Of a DNA stretch of 25,699 bases, positions 25,272 to 25,699 are shown piece by piece. The stretch is from the IMG/VR virus record IMGVR_UViG_3300025575_000043, positions 1 to 25,699 of that record. One strand, written 5' to 3'. This DNA comes from a virus (Duplodnaviria; Caudoviricetes). The stretch's first letter is position 1. Each line of letters opens with the position of its first letter. The position numbers were made by a program, and so were the translations under genes. Below the pieces are notes generated by a model. The model did no database searches, was not told the origin of the DNA, and was given only the letters and a program-made list of their open reading frames with translations.

Positions 25272-25699
25272 ATGAGCGATTTTTACAAAGTACTTTCTAA
25301 TGGGGATAAGATTCTCATGGAATCAGAATTAAATAGCATCAATAACGCTTTATTGGTAGACAATAGAACGTTGTTAGCTTCCGAATCAGGATCTTTATTT
25401 ATGATTGCAACTGATGCAAAGGTAATTTCACTTCCTGCAACAGCCGCTGGATTGGTTTATCATATCGTAAATACAGGCGCAGCAGGGAATAACATCGTTA
25501 CTATTTCGCCTGTGGCCGCTGACGGTATTTCAGGAACGATTACTTTGGCCGCCTCTGTTGTGGTTGACGCAGGGGTAGTAAACAAAGACCTGATTAATAC
25601 GAAGGCAACTTCACAGGCTGGCGACTCTGTTACCTTACTTGGTACGGGCGTTACAGGCACTAAAGCTTGGATCATTACCGCTTCAACAGGTATTTGGGC
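25272..25699 (+). CDS. Putative head fiber/decoration protein, truncated by the window end
   Basis: Open frame from ATG 25272 (MSDFYKVLSNG...ISLPATAAGLVYHIVNTGAAGNNIVTISP...); A/G/T/V-rich; missing from the ORF track. Confidence 0.65.
   Translation, partial: MSDFYKVLSNGDKILMESELNSINNALLVDNRTLLASESGSLFMIATDAKVISLPATAAGLVYHIVNTGAAGNNIVTISPVAADGISGTITLAASVVVDAGVVNKDLINTKATSQAGDSVTLLGTGVTGTKAWIITASTGIW

Noticed and set aside
25460-25675. Minus-strand 71-aa ORF
   Set aside because: Shadow of the plus-strand structural gene starting at 25272
1-25699. Stop-codon reassignment, DGR/retron, integrase or IS element
   Set aside because: Long genes are intact in the standard code, and no reverse transcriptase, recombinase or transposase motifs were seen; prophage versus free phage cannot be decided from this window

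Overview
AT-rich segment of a tailed (Caudoviricetes) phage or prophage, most likely infecting Bacteroidota (several TAnnTTTG -7 promoter boxes and AT-rich leaders without Shine-Dalgarno sites). Order: short leftward genes separated by an attC-like palindrome (1-738); divergent promoters; a long rightward early/middle region of small ORFs with a Sak4-like AAA ATPase, DUF1367, a DnaA C-terminal HTH protein, YopX, NinG, a DUF5131 radical-SAM-like protein, HNH, a replication initiator carrying 11-bp iteron-like repeats and an AAA_25 helicase; an SNF2-like helicase plus N4/N6 methyltransferase pair; a ParB - CmoA-like - C5 cytosine transferase - terminase operon with its own promoter; then putative portal, scaffold, major capsid and a truncated head accessory gene. 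Main result: a CmoA-like carboxy-SAM synthase overlaps a Dcm-family gene whose motif X Asn is replaced by Arg (GRAV, not GNxV). Engineered Asn-to-Lys changes at this position turn C5 methyltransferases into carboxymethyltransferases, so the pair predicts 5-carboxymethylcytosine in phage DNA. Two candidate structured RNAs are also present. All calls come from reading motifs by eye; no database search was run.
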